Numbered from the stretch's first letter, positions 30,896 through 40,997 are shown. The stretch is DNA of 64,000 nucleotides from Candidatus Uhrbacteria bacterium (GCA_018673485.1 JABHCP010000005.1:102-64101), one strand, 5' to 3'. Made by a program: numbers and translations. Notes: generated from the sequence alone by a model not told the origin.

Positions 30896-30935
30896 GCGGT
30901 ACCTCCTGTATGCGGGTTTGCGCGAAAAGCTAAGT

Positions 30936-30964
30936 AGTATTGCTTAATTTTGGCTAAATGTCAA
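30936..30964 (-). promoter_or_regulatory. promoter TTGACA-17-AATACT
   Basis: Minus-strand reading ttgacatttagccaaaattaagcaatact. Confidence 0.4.
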
Positions 30965-30979
30965 GGTTAGTGTTAGCCA

Positions 30980-31055
30980 GGGGGCACTTCGTCCCCCTGT
31001 AACCCCCAGACATACTTTCTTTGTTGGCTCAAAGAAAGTATGCAAAGAAAGAGCC
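30980..31055. repeat. ~75-nt structured repeat, copy 1 (GGGGG hairpin plus perfect 12-bp stem catactttcttt/aaagaaagtatg)
   Basis: 52 nt identical to 37236-37287; the upstream hairpin differs by compensatory loop changes. Confidence 0.7.
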
Positions 31056-31248
31056 TTTTTCAGAGTAGTCCCACGGCCATGGGGAATGCTACGGCCTGCA
31101 GTCAATGTTTTTGGGTAACCATGAATGAACTGATTGCCAGTTCGGTCGGCAGGCTCCCTCTCAGACGGAGTTGTCTAACAATGAGTGAACGGGGGCTGGC
31201 TACTGGAACATTAACGGGGGACTGAGGTGAGAGATGTCGATACAAAAA

Positions 31249-31265
31249 GAGCCGGTATTACCGGC
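31249..31265. terminator. bidirectional terminator agccggtattaccggct flanked by A/T runs
   Basis: Downstream of smc. Confidence 0.6.
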
Positions 31266-31284
31266 TTTTTTGTTTAGCTTTGTT

Positions 31285-33621
31285 TTATCTCCGGGCTGTT
31301 CCGTTTTTTTCAACGTCAGAGAGGCTGACTGAGAGTAGGTTGGAGACTCCGTCATCTCCCATGCTTACCCCGTAAAGCAGATCGGCGTGTTCCATTGTTG
31401 CCCGGTTGTGTGTCACTACAATAAATTGAGTTAGTTTTTGTAGTTCGTCCAAGATGTTTGCGAATCTAACTGTGTTTGCCTCGTCGAGCGCTGCGTCCAC
31501 CTCATCGAGTACAACAAATGGGGAGGGGTTGGTCGCCATAATTGCAGAAAGAAGGGCGATTGAGGTCAGTGCGCGTTCTCCACCAGAGAGTAGATTTAGA
31601 GATTTCAGGCGTTTACCTGGAGGTGTTGCTTGAATTTCGATTCCGGCAACATGATCCTTTCGTTTTTTGACACGTTTCATTATTGCGCTCACCGAGTTCT
31701 CATCTTCTTCGATTTCTTCAATTTGATCTTGAGCGAGCGCCTCCATGGCCCGGTCAAGTGTAATCTTATTTTCTTTCTCTACTTCGTCTTGTTTCATTTT
31801 TATCAAACCACAGCTTCCGCCACCAAAAAGAATCTTGAAGTATTTTTGAAACTCTTTGTTTATTTGTTTGAAAACTTTTTCTGATTGCGATTGAATGTTT
31901 GAGTCTAGTTCATCGATAACTTTTTCTGATTTTTGAATTGCCTCACGGATGTCACTTACCTGTACGTCAAGGAAATCGTGGCGTTCTTTAGTTTCTTCAA
32001 ACTCAGTTACAGTTTCTTCATCAATTCCACCAATGAGCTCTAGTTTGTGCTTAAGATCCAGCATTTTCGATCTGAGATTTTCGAGATTTAGGAGATCTTT
32101 CGACTCACTTCGTTCGCTCAGGATGGACGAAGAGGGGGTGTTTTTAATTTCCTTAATTCTTTCCGGTACTTCTTCGCGCATTTCGCGCTCAAGCCCCTCG
32201 ATTCGAGTTTCAACTCGCACCTTCTCGATGTTCAGTTGATTTGATTGGTTTTCGATTTGGTGCAATTCAGACTGAATTTCACGCAGCTTTCTTTGAAAGC
32301 TAAAGATTTCAGTTTTATCAGTTCCGTCTTGTTTATTGGCTTGATCCATTTCAGCTTCAGCTGCTTTAAGATCTACCTGCGCTTTTTTAATTTTATCTTT
32401 AGAGTCCGCGATCACTTTCAGCATCGCTTTGTCTGGTTTGAAGTCTTCCGGATTTGGTTTTGTGAGCCGTCCTCGTAGCTGCTTAGCGCGTTTGAATATG
32501 TTCTCGATTGCATCTGTAATCTTTGTTAGCGCATCAATATCTTTAACAGACTTAAGGTCTTTCAAAGCCTGTTCTTGGTCGGTGGTAATAGATTTTAGCT
32601 CATCAAGAATATTCGAAAGTGGTAGTGGTGCCCAATTTGATTGAGCTTTCACTTTTGCGAGTTCCAAAGCACGTTCTGCTTCAAACTGTTCTTGTCGAAC
32701 ACTTTGTAATTGTGCTTGCGCCTTTTTGTAGGCGTCATGAGCTTTAGCTCGTAGCTTAGATTTATCTTCCTTAGATGATTGTTTCTCAAGTTCTAGTAGT
32801 TGTTTATCACCGTCTTTAAGTTCTTTTTGTTTTTCTGCAATTCGTTTTTCAATTGACTCTAACTTAGTGTCAGCTTTGCTGAGTTCAATTTGAAGTTGTG
32901 ACCAAAGGCCACCAAAGTATTTATTTTGAATTTCTTTGAGCTCAACTTCTACAACTTCTCGTTTTTCAAGTCGTTTCACTTGGCGCTTTAAAGATCGTAG
33001 TCGTGGCGAGATCTCTGCCAAGAGCATTTCGACTTCTGCTAAGTTGTCACTAGCCTTTTGCAATTTGAGCATTGCTTGGTGCCGTTTTATCTGAAGCCCT
33101 CGCACACCAGTTGCGTCGTCAAAAAATATTTTACGTTCTTCTGGAGATGCGGTTAGAACGTGGTCGATCATTCCTTGCCCAACAACTGAATATGTTCTTT
33201 GACCAACGCCAGCTTGAGCAAGAAGAAGCTGTATGTCTGAGAGTCGGACAGCCTTTCCGTTAAGTAAATACTCTGATTGACCATCACGATAAAGTCGACG
33301 AGTGATGACGACTTCAATGTAATCCACCGGCATTGCTTTGTCAGAGTTATTGATTGTCATTGTGACCTCGGCCATTCCAGAACGTCCCTTGCCTTCAGAC
33401 CCTGAAAAAATAATATCCTCGCTTTTTTTACCACGAAGCATTTTCATGGACTGCTCACCCAAGCACCAACGAATTGCGTCAGCTATGTTGGATTTCCCTG
33501 ATCCATTTGGTCCAACAATAACGGTAAGCGCATGCCTGTCCTTGCTTGGTGCCGAAAAGTCCAAAGATGTCTTCTTTGCAAATGTTTTAAAGCCTTGTAG
33601 TTCTAGTCGTTGTAAGTGCAT
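31285..33621 (-). CDS. smc: SMC-family chromosome segregation ATPase, short (778 aa), no recognisable hinge
   Basis: N-terminal LQGFKTF...GPNGSGKSN Walker A; C-terminal LSGGERALTSIALL signature and VLDEVDAALD Walker B; long coiled coils. Confidence 0.8.
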   Translation of the reverse strand: MHLQRLELQGFKTFAKKTSLDFSAPSKDRHALTVIVGPNGSGKSNIADAIRWCLGEQSMKMLRGKKSEDIIFSGSEGKGRSGMAEVTMTINNSDKAMPVDYIEVVITRRLYRDGQSEYLLNGKAVRLSDIQLLLAQAGVGQRTYSVVGQGMIDHVLTASPEERKIFFDDATGVRGLQIKRHQAMLKLQKASDNLAEVEMLLAEISPRLRSLKRQVKRLEKREVVEVELKEIQNKYFGGLWSQLQIELSKADTKLESIEKRIAEKQKELKDGDKQLLELEKQSSKEDKSKLRAKAHDAYKKAQAQLQSVRQEQFEAERALELAKVKAQSNWAPLPLSNILDELKSITTDQEQALKDLKSVKDIDALTKITDAIENIFKRAKQLRGRLTKPNPEDFKPDKAMLKVIADSKDKIKKAQVDLKAAEAEMDQANKQDGTDKTEIFSFQRKLREIQSELHQIENQSNQLNIEKVRVETRIEGLEREMREEVPERIKEIKNTPSSSILSERSESKDLLNLENLRSKMLDLKHKLELIGGIDEETVTEFEETKERHDFLDVQVSDIREAIQKSEKVIDELDSNIQSQSEKVFKQINKEFQKYFKILFGGGSCGLIKMKQDEVEKENKITLDRAMEALAQDQIEEIEEDENSVSAIMKRVKKRKDHVAGIEIQATPPGKRLKSLNLLSGGERALTSIALLSAIMATNPSPFVVLDEVDAALDEANTVRFANILDELQKLTQFIVVTHNRATMEHADLLYGVSMGDDGVSNLLSVSLSDVEKNGTARR

Positions 33622-33801
33622 AGCGAGAGTATTATATCAAAAAGTGACGGTTGCGGATAATTGCATTCCATCAACCCGTCATCCCGAACGACCGAACGCT
33701 TGCGTGAGGAGTTGAGGGATCTATGGCATGCAGCAGGCAATAAACAATTAGAAAGCAAAAGCCCCGCCAACGCAGGGCGCGAGCGGAGTGAGAGCGGGCG
33801 G

Positions 33802-34497
33802 CTAATTGCCAGCGAGCCAGAGTTTGAAGCTACTTGGCCTTTCCATAATCCAGTCCTTGATCTTGCCGAGAATCGGGATCGTATCGCGCACGATCCAGAT
33901 AGTCTGGCGCACGGCCAAGAGGCCGGTGATCATTGTGATGTAGAGAGACCCAGCGACAACGACTCCAAGCATGATTCCCTGCGAGAGGCCGGTTGCAAGA
34001 AACACCAGTTGTGCTGGTGCCCAGGCGAGGCGCCTGTAGTAGCTCCATGGGCTGGTAGCCGGATGCATCCTAGCAAACGCTGAGATGATGTTGAAATTCT
34101 GCATTTCTTTTTCGACGTCATGGCAGTGACGCTCGTATTTGACTTCAACTCTGAAGAGTTTGCGAATCACTGCTTGCTTCTCTATCTCGAAGGTTCGAAT
34201 GTGTTCAAAGACGTGGATTGCGATCGGTAGAATGAGAATATCCCACCAGCGAGTCGTGATGGGCCAGATGATTTCTTCTGGCTGTGGAAGTTCGAATGGC
34301 GTTCCAATGGCATAGCTCCAGATCACGAGGCCGATCGCGCGAACAGTCATGGCGATGATAGACCAACGACGTGCGCGGCGCATGAGGATTCGGGCAGGGT
34401 GGTTGGGTTCGTACATGACGATTCCTTTGGCGTGTTGCCAGCTGAGAGAGGACGAGGCTTCTAGGTTGATCTTTGCATGGTGGATTTGATTAGTCAA
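33802..34497 (-). CDS. membrane protein, hypothetical
   Basis: 231 aa, multiple TM segments, ~52% GC. Confidence 0.55.
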   Translation of the reverse strand: MTNQIHHAKINLEASSSLSWQHAKGIVMYEPNHPARILMRRARRWSIIAMTVRAIGLVIWSYAIGTPFELPQPEEIIWPITTRWWDILILPIAIHVFEHIRTFEIEKQAVIRKLFRVEVKYERHCHDVEKEMQNFNIISAFARMHPATSPWSYYRRLAWAPAQLVFLATGLSQGIMLGVVVAGSLYITMITGLLAVRQTIWIVRDTIPILGKIKDWIMERPSSFKLWLAGN

Positions 34498-34506
34498 TCA
34501 CTCGAC

Positions 34507-34544
34507 GGCAACCCCCTCCAGCTCCCCCTTGGGAAGGGGGAGGG
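34507..34544. repeat. palindromic repeat copy C (intergenic)
   Basis: Identical 38 nt to copies A and B, immediately upstream of the VKOR -10 box. Confidence 0.8.
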
Positions 34545-34565
34545 ACTGAGCTATAATGTATTCAT

Positions 34566-35009
34566 ATGACATATTTTATTTTCATGATAGTCCTCGCACT
34601 TTTTGGAGTGGGGGAGACCGTTTACCTTATTTCCAAGCGCCGCAAGAATCAAAAGCCAGTGTGTTTAGGCAAAGATGATTGCAACCTAGTCCTTAACAGC
34701 AAGTACAATAAAATCTTTGGTGTTCATAACGATGTTCTTGGATTGGTATTTTATGCATTTGTTTTCATTTCGCATTTAATATTTCTTGCGGATTTTCTAG
34801 CAATTGATTTTGTTCATCAAGCTGATGATTTTGTCAGAATATTGTTATTGGCATTTATATTCGTACTGTTCGTATCATTTATCATGTCTTTGCGATTTGT
34901 CTTTTTGATGGCGTTTAAGGTAAAAGCGTGGTGTCAGTGGTGTGTTGGGTCAGCTGTTACTGTGGGTCTGATGGTGCTTATTGTCTTGTTCTATCTCGGA
35001 ACTGCTTAG
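34566..35009 (+). CDS. vitamin K epoxide reductase (VKOR) family protein
   Basis: Four TM helices; CLGKDDC loop cysteines and CQWC active-site motif. TATAAT sits 9 nt before the ATG (possible leaderless mRNA). Confidence 0.75.
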   Translation: MTYFIFMIVLALFGVGETVYLISKRRKNQKPVCLGKDDCNLVLNSKYNKIFGVHNDVLGLVFYAFVFISHLIFLADFLAIDFVHQADDFVRILLLAFIFVLFVSFIMSLRFVFLMAFKVKAWCQWCVGSAVTVGLMVLIVLFYLGTA

Positions 35010-35061
35010 TCGATCGGATTGTTGGATACTTGACTGGAATTGGTGCAAAAGGTAAGGTGTC

Positions 35062-36087
35062 GTGCTTATGATTAAGATGACCTACAAACGGATTGATGCG
35101 GAGGTGCAGCGTGCAGAGCGTATTTTGTTGCTTACAGACGAGCGAATCGATGGCGATACGGTTGGAGCAACGCTTGGCATGTACCATGTTTTGAAATCAA
35201 TGGGTAAGGAGGTGGTTGTGTATTCTCCAAGGGAGATTCCAGCCACTTTTTCGTTTATGCCAGGACTTGAGCAGATTCAATACTGTGACACGGTTTTTGA
35301 TGATGACTCAATCGACTTGGTGATGATTTTTGATTGTGCCGATGGTGAGTATATTAAGGAGTTGATTCCACGACTGCCAAAGCGATCACCTTTGATCGTT
35401 GTCGATCATCACGTTACAAACCCGCGATACGGAACGATTAATTTGGTTGAGGACGATTCTGCATCAGCGTCAGGCGTTGTGTGGAGGTTTGTGAAGACCA
35501 TGAATTACCCAATGAGCAAATCGGCGGCACAGTGCATTCTAACCGGGATTTGTACGGATACTAATGTATTTTCAACTACAAACACAAACGCAGCTTGTTT
35601 GGATGCTGCCCACGAACTTGCACAATACGGTGCGCGTTTGCAGGAGATCGTTCGTGAAACCATGATGAATAAATCAGTGCCAGCACTGAGGTTATGGGGA
35701 CTTGCATTTGAGCGCTTGCATCACAATGATGAGTTTGATGCTATCGCAACTGCGATTACCCGTAAGGACATGAAAGAGATTGGCGCTCGCCCAGAAGATT
35801 TGCAGGGGCTCATAAACTTTTTAAATGCCATGGTCGATGGCGCGGACACAGCTTTGGTCTACTATGAACGTGACGACGGGTCTGTAAAGGGAAGCCTTCG
35901 GTCGCACACGGTGGATGTCGCGAAGTTGGCCGGTAAGTATGGCGGGGGAGGACATATTCGCGCGTCTGGATTCCAGATTCAAGATTCAATACTCGAAGAA
36001 AAAGACGGGCAGTGGTTTGCCGTAGCGAAGCGAAGGTCCGCCGAAGCTTCAGCGAAGGAGGATGCGAGTAAGATTGAAAATATATAG
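35062..36087 (+). CDS. nrnA: DHH-family phosphoesterase (NrnA-like oligoribonuclease/pAp phosphatase)
   Basis: DGDTVGA, VVDHH, and a DHHA1-type C-terminal GGGH. Confidence 0.8.
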   Translation: MLMIKMTYKRIDAEVQRAERILLLTDERIDGDTVGATLGMYHVLKSMGKEVVVYSPREIPATFSFMPGLEQIQYCDTVFDDDSIDLVMIFDCADGEYIKELIPRLPKRSPLIVVDHHVTNPRYGTINLVEDDSASASGVVWRFVKTMNYPMSKSAAQCILTGICTDTNVFSTTNTNAACLDAAHELAQYGARLQEIVRETMMNKSVPALRLWGLAFERLHHNDEFDAIATAITRKDMKEIGARPEDLQGLINFLNAMVDGADTALVYYERDDGSVKGSLRSHTVDVAKLAGKYGGGGHIRASGFQIQDSILEEKDGQWFAVAKRRSAEASAKEDASKIENI

Positions 36088-36110
36088 AAAACCTTATAGA
36101 ATACTCACGT

Positions 36111-36722
36111 ATGAATATAGAAAATATTGTTCCAGAAATTCAGTCCCAGGTGCTTATTCCGACTGTTGTCGAGAAGACGCATCATGGTGAGCGGTCTTAT
36201 GATATTTACTCACGGCTTCTAAAGGATCGGATTATCTTTTTAGGAAGTGCAATTGATGACACCGTAGCAAACGCTGTCATTGCTCAATTGTTATTTCTTG
36301 AAAGCCAGGATCAAGAGCGTGATATTAAACTTTACATTAATTCCCCAGGCGGATCAGTCACTGCAGGACTAGCGATTTATGACACCATGCAATACATCAA
36401 GCCATCAGTTTCAACGATTTGTGTTGGAATGGCGGCAAGTATGGGGGCGGTGCTTTTGACTGCTGGAGAAAAAGGGAAGCGATTCGTTCTACCAAATTCC
36501 GAAGTGATGATTCATCAAGTTTTGGGAGGCGTGCAAGGGCAGGCAACTGATATTAAGATTCACGCCGAGCGTATTTTGGCAGTAAAGGATTCACTCAATA
36601 AGATTATTTCAAAACATTCCGGTCAACCCATAAAGAAAGTATCTGATGATACAGAGCGCGATAAGTTCCTGACAGCAAAAGACGCACTCGCTTACGGATT
36701 GATCGATAAGATAATCAAATAA
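36111..36722 (+). CDS. clpP: ATP-dependent Clp protease proteolytic subunit
   Basis: [19 protein letters not shown]; catalytic GGSVTAG...MIHQ...D. Confidence 0.95.
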   Translation: MNIENIVPEIQSQVLIPTVVEKTHHGERSYDIYSRLLKDRIIFLGSAIDDTVANAVIAQLLFLESQDQERDIKLYINSPGGSVTAGLAIYDTMQYIKPSVSTICVGMAASMGAVLLTAGEKGKRFVLPNSEVMIHQVLGGVQGQATDIKIHAERILAVKDSLNKIISKHSGQPIKKVSDDTERDKFLTAKDALAYGLIDKIIK

Positions 36723-36728
36723 TTAAAA

Positions 36729-36750
36729 GCGACCCTTTGCGGGTCGTTTT
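36729..36750. terminator. clpP terminator gcgaccctttgcgggtcgtttt
   Basis: Hairpin plus T-run; A-run on the opposite side, so usable bidirectionally. Confidence 0.7.
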
Positions 36751-36751
36751 A

Positions 36752-36952
36752 GGTTTCAGAAAAGCAGAACCACCTCCGGAGAGGTGGTTGAGGCGAAAGA
36801 CTTGCAAAGTTCGGTTTGAAGCGCTACCGATACCATCGCTGGGGAATTCCCTTTAGGCTAGTGTCTTTGAACGAGCCTGCCTCTGGCACTTTTGAGGCGG
36901 TAGGCAGTCCAGGTCCTGCTCGGTGCATCAGAACATCCTGGGTAGTTCTGAA
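36752..36952 (-). ncRNA. candidate ~200-nt sRNA (promoter to terminator, no ORF)
   Basis: Strong minus-strand promoter at 36960-36988, the clpP hairpin as terminator, and 5'/3' end complementarity (ttcagaa/ttctgaa). Family unassigned (possibly 6S-like). Confidence 0.35.
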
Positions 36953-36959
36953 TAGTGAA

Positions 36960-36988
36960 ATAATAGCATGAAAAAGCCCTTTTGTCAA
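36960..36988 (-). promoter_or_regulatory. promoter TTGACA-17-TATTAT (extended TGC)
   Basis: Minus-strand reading ttgacaaaagggctttttcatgctattatt. Confidence 0.55.
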
Positions 36989-37045
36989 GGGATTTAGCCA
37001 ATTTTTGCGCTATTTTTAGGTAAATTTGATGGGTGGGCTAAGGGG

Positions 37046-37074
37046 TTGACAGGGGCTTGAATGCGTGGTACTAT
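37046..37074 (+). promoter_or_regulatory. promoter TTGACA-17-TACTAT, divergent from the 36960 promoter
   Basis: ttgacaggggcttgaatgcgtggtactat. Confidence 0.55.
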
Positions 37075-37080
37075 GCTTCG

Positions 37081-37210
37081 TCGTGATGACATCCCTTTTG
37101 ACCTGCAGCCACGACAAGCATGGGGGTATATGATCTGTATGATTTCGGCTCCGGCTGATCCCTTACAGAATATATATCTTCTTGGCTGCAGTTTTGAAGG
37201 GATTTTTTTA
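37081..37210 (+). ncRNA. candidate ~130-nt sRNA forming a long stem-loop ending in a T-run
   Basis: 5' arm tcccttttgacctgcagcc pairs with ggctgcagttttgaaggga, followed by ttttttt. The overlapping ORF 37061-37360 has no Shine-Dalgarno. Confidence 0.35.
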
Positions 37211-37213
37211 ATT

Positions 37214-37287
37214 GGGGGTATTTCATCCCCCAAACCCCCAGACATACTTTCTTTGTTGGCTCAAAGAAAGTATGCAAAGAAAGAGCC
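37214..37287. repeat. ~75-nt structured repeat, copy 2
   Basis: See copy 1 at 30980-31055. Confidence 0.7.
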
Positions 37288-37557
37288 CTTTCTTACGTGT
37301 CCCGCGCCTTTATTAAAATCCAAGTGGCTGCCGCCAATTTTTTATTTAAGGTATTCCTAGGGAGGGCTGATCGATAAGCACCAGCCGTAGGGTTGGCGTC
37401 GGATCACAAGGACCAACGCCGTCGGGTAACGTGGTGCAACCGCAAAGCATTAGAGTTTAGCGGGGAAAAATTGGCTTGGGACTCAGTTAAGAATGGCGAG
37501 CTTGTGGCGGCTCCCAGTTTAGATAAATGATGAATACGAGTCGAGATTGTAATTTGA

Positions 37558-37580
37558 AAGCACCTCGTTTTGAGGTGCTT
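37558..37580 (-). terminator. terminator aagcacctcgttttgaggtgctt
   Basis: Downstream of the CNNM gene. Confidence 0.6.
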
Positions 37581-37586
37581 ATGGGT

Positions 37587-38600
37587 TTATTTCTTTTTTG
37601 TTGTTTTCTTCTTTTGAGCTTTTCTTTTTGCTTTGGCTCTTAGGTCTGCTACTTTGTCGAATTCGTCTATAATTTCTGTTCCGATGATTTCTTCCAAGAT
37701 GTCTTCTACCGAGATAACGCCTTCGAAGCCTCCAAACTCGTCGCGTACAATGAATAGGTGTTTGTGCTTTTTGATGAAGGTATTAAGTACATCGTCAAGT
37801 GGTGTGTCGGTTGAAACCTCCACTGCTGGTTTTTTGATGAACTTTTCTATTGATTTTCCTTTGATCTCTTTTCCTAGTAGGTCGTGTAGGTGAAGTATGC
37901 CGACTATGTTATCTTGAGCATCTTTGTAAACTGGGAAGCGAGAGTGACCAGACTCGCGAAGCTCTTTGATGAGCTTGATTGTTAGCTTTCCTTGAGCATC
38001 CAATATCTTAACAACTGTATTGGGTGTCATTACGTCCGATGCTGTTTTGTCAGAGAACGTCAGTGCTCCTCGCGTGATCCTTTCCTCATCAGTGTCAATA
38101 TCGCTTCGCGCTGAGCTGCCGTGCTCTTCGATGACTTTTAGTAGTTCTCCACGTGAGTAGACACTTGGCATTTCGTCACCTAGAGTTTTGTCTAGTATCC
38201 AAGCGATCGGGTAGGTGAGTGGTAGAAGTACGATGATTAATATCTTAACAATCCATGCAGTCTTTGCACCAAAAGCCATTGCGTATCGTGAGATAACAGC
38301 TTGTGGCACGATTTCACCGAACACAAAGATCAGTGCTGTTGATACGATTCCAGCTACTAGTCCGGCCGCTATCGTTCCTAAGAAAATCGCAAGCGCTGCG
38401 TTTACTGCAACGTTTCCAAGAAGCAGTGTGGTGAGCAATAGGTTCCCACGCTTTCGGATTGGATAAATCTTTTTTGCATATTTATCCTTTAGATCCATTT
38501 TTCGTTTTAACTCATGTGCGTCGAGGCCCATGAGTCCAAGTGTGAGTCCGGAAAACAATGCCGAACAGCAAAGAAGTAGGAAAGTAATAACGTATGTCAT
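37587..38600 (-). CDS. CNNM/CorC-family (DUF21 + CBS pair) divalent-cation transporter
   Basis: DUF21 TM region, tandem CBS domains, basic C-terminal tail. Confidence 0.8.
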   Translation of the reverse strand: MTYVITFLLLCCSALFSGLTLGLMGLDAHELKRKMDLKDKYAKKIYPIRKRGNLLLTTLLLGNVAVNAALAIFLGTIAAGLVAGIVSTALIFVFGEIVPQAVISRYAMAFGAKTAWIVKILIIVLLPLTYPIAWILDKTLGDEMPSVYSRGELLKVIEEHGSSARSDIDTDEERITRGALTFSDKTASDVMTPNTVVKILDAQGKLTIKLIKELRESGHSRFPVYKDAQDNIVGILHLHDLLGKEIKGKSIEKFIKKPAVEVSTDTPLDDVLNTFIKKHKHLFIVRDEFGGFEGVISVEDILEEIIGTEIIDEFDKVADLRAKAKRKAQKKKTTKKK

Positions 38601-38657
38601 ATTGTGTAAATAAAAAAGATTGACTTCATTATAGCAGTCAATCTTAATTTATTATAT

Positions 38658-40640
38658 TTATTCTTCCCCAGCTTCTTCTGTGAGGTCTTCTTCAATCATT
38701 TCGATGTCGTCATCATCATCTGAAGTTTCCGATTCATCAATTGATTCACATTCTTCACCTTCTGCGCACTCAACAGTGAGCTCCTCGACTCCTATCAGAC
38801 ATATCATCGGCAGTGATCGATATACAGATGTGTAAGTTTCACTAAATTGTGTTTCGTCTGCGTAGTCCACGTAGTAGGTAAACTGCGCGGTTGCACCTGG
38901 GTGAGGGGACTGGCAAGATGTTACCCCAGGGTCAAGATCAAGAGTTTCTGTATATTCTGTTTCACCATAGCCTGCCCATGAAAGTATTACAGGCGGTGAA
39001 TAATAGCCATTGCGTCCATCGTTTGTTCCCCAGAAAGTGAATATAACATCAAGAGTGGCGAGATCCACTTCAGTGTTGAGTAAAATATAGTCTTCGTAGT
39101 CATTTGTGAACTTAAAGTCCGGATATGGGTCGTAGATAGTCGCATCAGTTCCAGGATTTCCATTACTTGGATCGTTATAATAAGAAACAACTAGTGAGTG
39201 ATTTTGTCGTTGGTCAATCTGGAGTCCAGAGTTCATTACGGCTCTAAAGGCGGTTGTTCCAATCTGGCACAATCCACCACCTACCTCTGGAATAATCTCA
39301 TCACCCTTGATCACCAGTTCTGCTAGGTATCCATCAGAAACAGTAAAAGGCCCGAGCATTCCAACGAGTGAGATTGTCTCGCCAGGCGCGATCAAAAGCC
39401 CGTCGAGCTTAGATGCACCATGTTGAATGTTTGATATTCGATTTGATGGAGACCCAGAGAAGTCAGATATTCCTACACCAATAATTTCTGAGATGCCAAA
39501 GTTATTAACGTCAGCGGTAGAAACGTCTGGCGGAGTGTTGGCAACAGTTATATCAATTACAACATCCTCTTGACCAAGCTCATCGAAGAGTTCCTGCATA
39601 GTGGTTTTAGAATCGAGTTCAATTCCATCTTGGCTACCAGAGAATTCGGTAACGATGTTGTCCTCCATTACAAATCGGGCGTTCACTGGACTGATGTTTA
39701 CGTCATCCGTCACATCTTCCACGAAAGCTTCGTAGGTGCCACCTGCAAAGACAATTATTACATCACCGTCTTTTGAATATGCTGGCTCTATCCAGTCTGA
39801 TATCTCATCTGCGTCCACAGTCCACCAATATTCACGTAGAGTCTCCGAGGTGTACGTAAGGTAGTACGGGGCAGCTTCCACGATCTCGATAACTTCATCG
39901 CTGATTGAAAGCGCATCATCAGATGTCATTTCATACGTGATGTCACGCAAGTTGATGGTTATGTCCTCGAGCTCCAGGTCGTTTGCATCATCCCAAAGTG
40001 CTGCGATAGCGGATTCATAATCAATTTCTGTACCATCTTTCCCTGGCATGAATTTCACAGGAGCCTCTGCATCGTTAAGATTAACTCTGTAGTCAGCTGG
40101 CAATGACTGTGTTTCAAGTTCGCCAAATTGTTGTGTTAGTTGCTCGCGAATGTCATCCTCATCGATCTCAGATGGCCGTAAGAGTACAGTTGGTTCTATT
40201 AGAAGTTTTATTGGTGTAGTTAAGTTTGTCCAAATGGAGTCCGTTCGCCCCACAGCCATGGCGACCTCAATAGCATCAGCGGTATCAATATATATTAAGT
40301 CATGCGCTAGGTCAGGCTCTTCAATAATTGACGCTCTTAGGTCGATGTGACCTGATTGACCATCTACGGTAACATCAACGCCATTATTTAGCATGTCGTC
40401 AACATGTTGCTGTAAAACCTCGGTAGCATCTGCTTCAGATAGTTCTCCAACGTCAGCAATGCCGATGAAAACATTCGGCAATATGCGACCTTGATATGCT
40501 CTTGCATAAGCAAACGAGCTAGCACTGATTGCGATAGCAATGAATAAAACAATACCGGTCGTAATTAAGATCGGTTTTTTGTAACTGCGGACTGTGTCGA
40601 CGCTAGTTTTGATGAATTGTGCCATATTATATTTTATCAA
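38658..40640 (-). CDS. VanW family protein
   Basis: N-terminal TM; VanW core GGGLCQIGTTAFRAVMNSGL; acidic C-terminus. Confidence 0.75.
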   Translation of the reverse strand: MIKYNMAQFIKTSVDTVRSYKKPILITTGIVLFIAIAISASSFAYARAYQGRILPNVFIGIADVGELSEADATEVLQQHVDDMLNNGVDVTVDGQSGHIDLRASIIEEPDLAHDLIYIDTADAIEVAMAVGRTDSIWTNLTTPIKLLIEPTVLLRPSEIDEDDIREQLTQQFGELETQSLPADYRVNLNDAEAPVKFMPGKDGTEIDYESAIAALWDDANDLELEDITINLRDITYEMTSDDALSISDEVIEIVEAAPYYLTYTSETLREYWWTVDADEISDWIEPAYSKDGDVIIVFAGGTYEAFVEDVTDDVNISPVNARFVMEDNIVTEFSGSQDGIELDSKTTMQELFDELGQEDVVIDITVANTPPDVSTADVNNFGISEIIGVGISDFSGSPSNRISNIQHGASKLDGLLIAPGETISLVGMLGPFTVSDGYLAELVIKGDEIIPEVGGGLCQIGTTAFRAVMNSGLQIDQRQNHSLVVSYYNDPSNGNPGTDATIYDPYPDFKFTNDYEDYILLNTEVDLATLDVIFTFWGTNDGRNGYYSPPVILSWAGYGETEYTETLDLDPGVTSCQSPHPGATAQFTYYVDYADETQFSETYTSVYRSLPMICLIGVEELTVECAEGEECESIDESETSDDDDDIEMIEEDLTEEAGEE

Positions 40641-40996
40641 TCAGATAAGTCCTCCCGAACTGGTACCTGCATTTCAGCATGCGCTTTAGGAATGGTCAAT
40701 GTTAGTACACCGTTTTTCATGTCCGCATTGGCTTCATTGGGCTGAACGTGGGCAGGGAGCACGATCGATCGCGAGAAGCTACCCCAAAAACATTCTTCAA
40801 AATGCATTGTGGTGTCATGGCGCTCACGGTGTCGTTCACGCTCGCCCCTTATCGTAACCAAATCACTAGTGACGTTTATATCAATGTCTTTTGGCTTAAC
40901 TCCAGCTATTGCTGAGCGAATAATAATCTCGCTTGGCGTCTCTAAAACGTCAACTGCTAACTGGCCCTCTTGTGATTCCCACAATTGGTCGTCCAT
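40637..40996 (-). CDS. Hsp20/alpha-crystallin small heat-shock protein
   Basis: ACD motifs: GVLTLTIPK, AIAGVKPKDIDI. Confidence 0.8.
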   Translation of the reverse strand: MDDQLWESQEGQLAVDVLETPSEIIIRSAIAGVKPKDIDINVTSDLVTIRGERERHRERHDTTMHFEECFWGSFSRSIVLPAHVQPNEANADMKNGVLTLTIPKAHAEMQVPVREDLSD

Positions 40997-40997
40997 A

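Noticed and set aside
31056-31248. Structured RNA between the 75-nt repeat and the smc terminator
   Set aside because: Some local hairpins are present, but no promoter and no recognisable family motif. Insufficient evidence to call a feature.
37061-37360. 99-aa ORF in the clpP-CNNM intergenic region
   Set aside because: There is no Shine-Dalgarno sequence. The ORF spans the long sRNA stem-loop, its terminator and the conserved 75-nt repeat. It is more parsimoniously non-coding.
36752-37586. tmRNA, RNase P RNA or SRP RNA in the long intergenic region
   Set aside because: Scanning by eye found no tRNA-like acceptor/T-arm pair with a tag ORF. It also found no RNase P P4 or GGAAAGUCCGG-type motifs and no SRP GGAAGGAAGCAGC domain-IV motif. 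The region is left as unassigned sRNA candidates.
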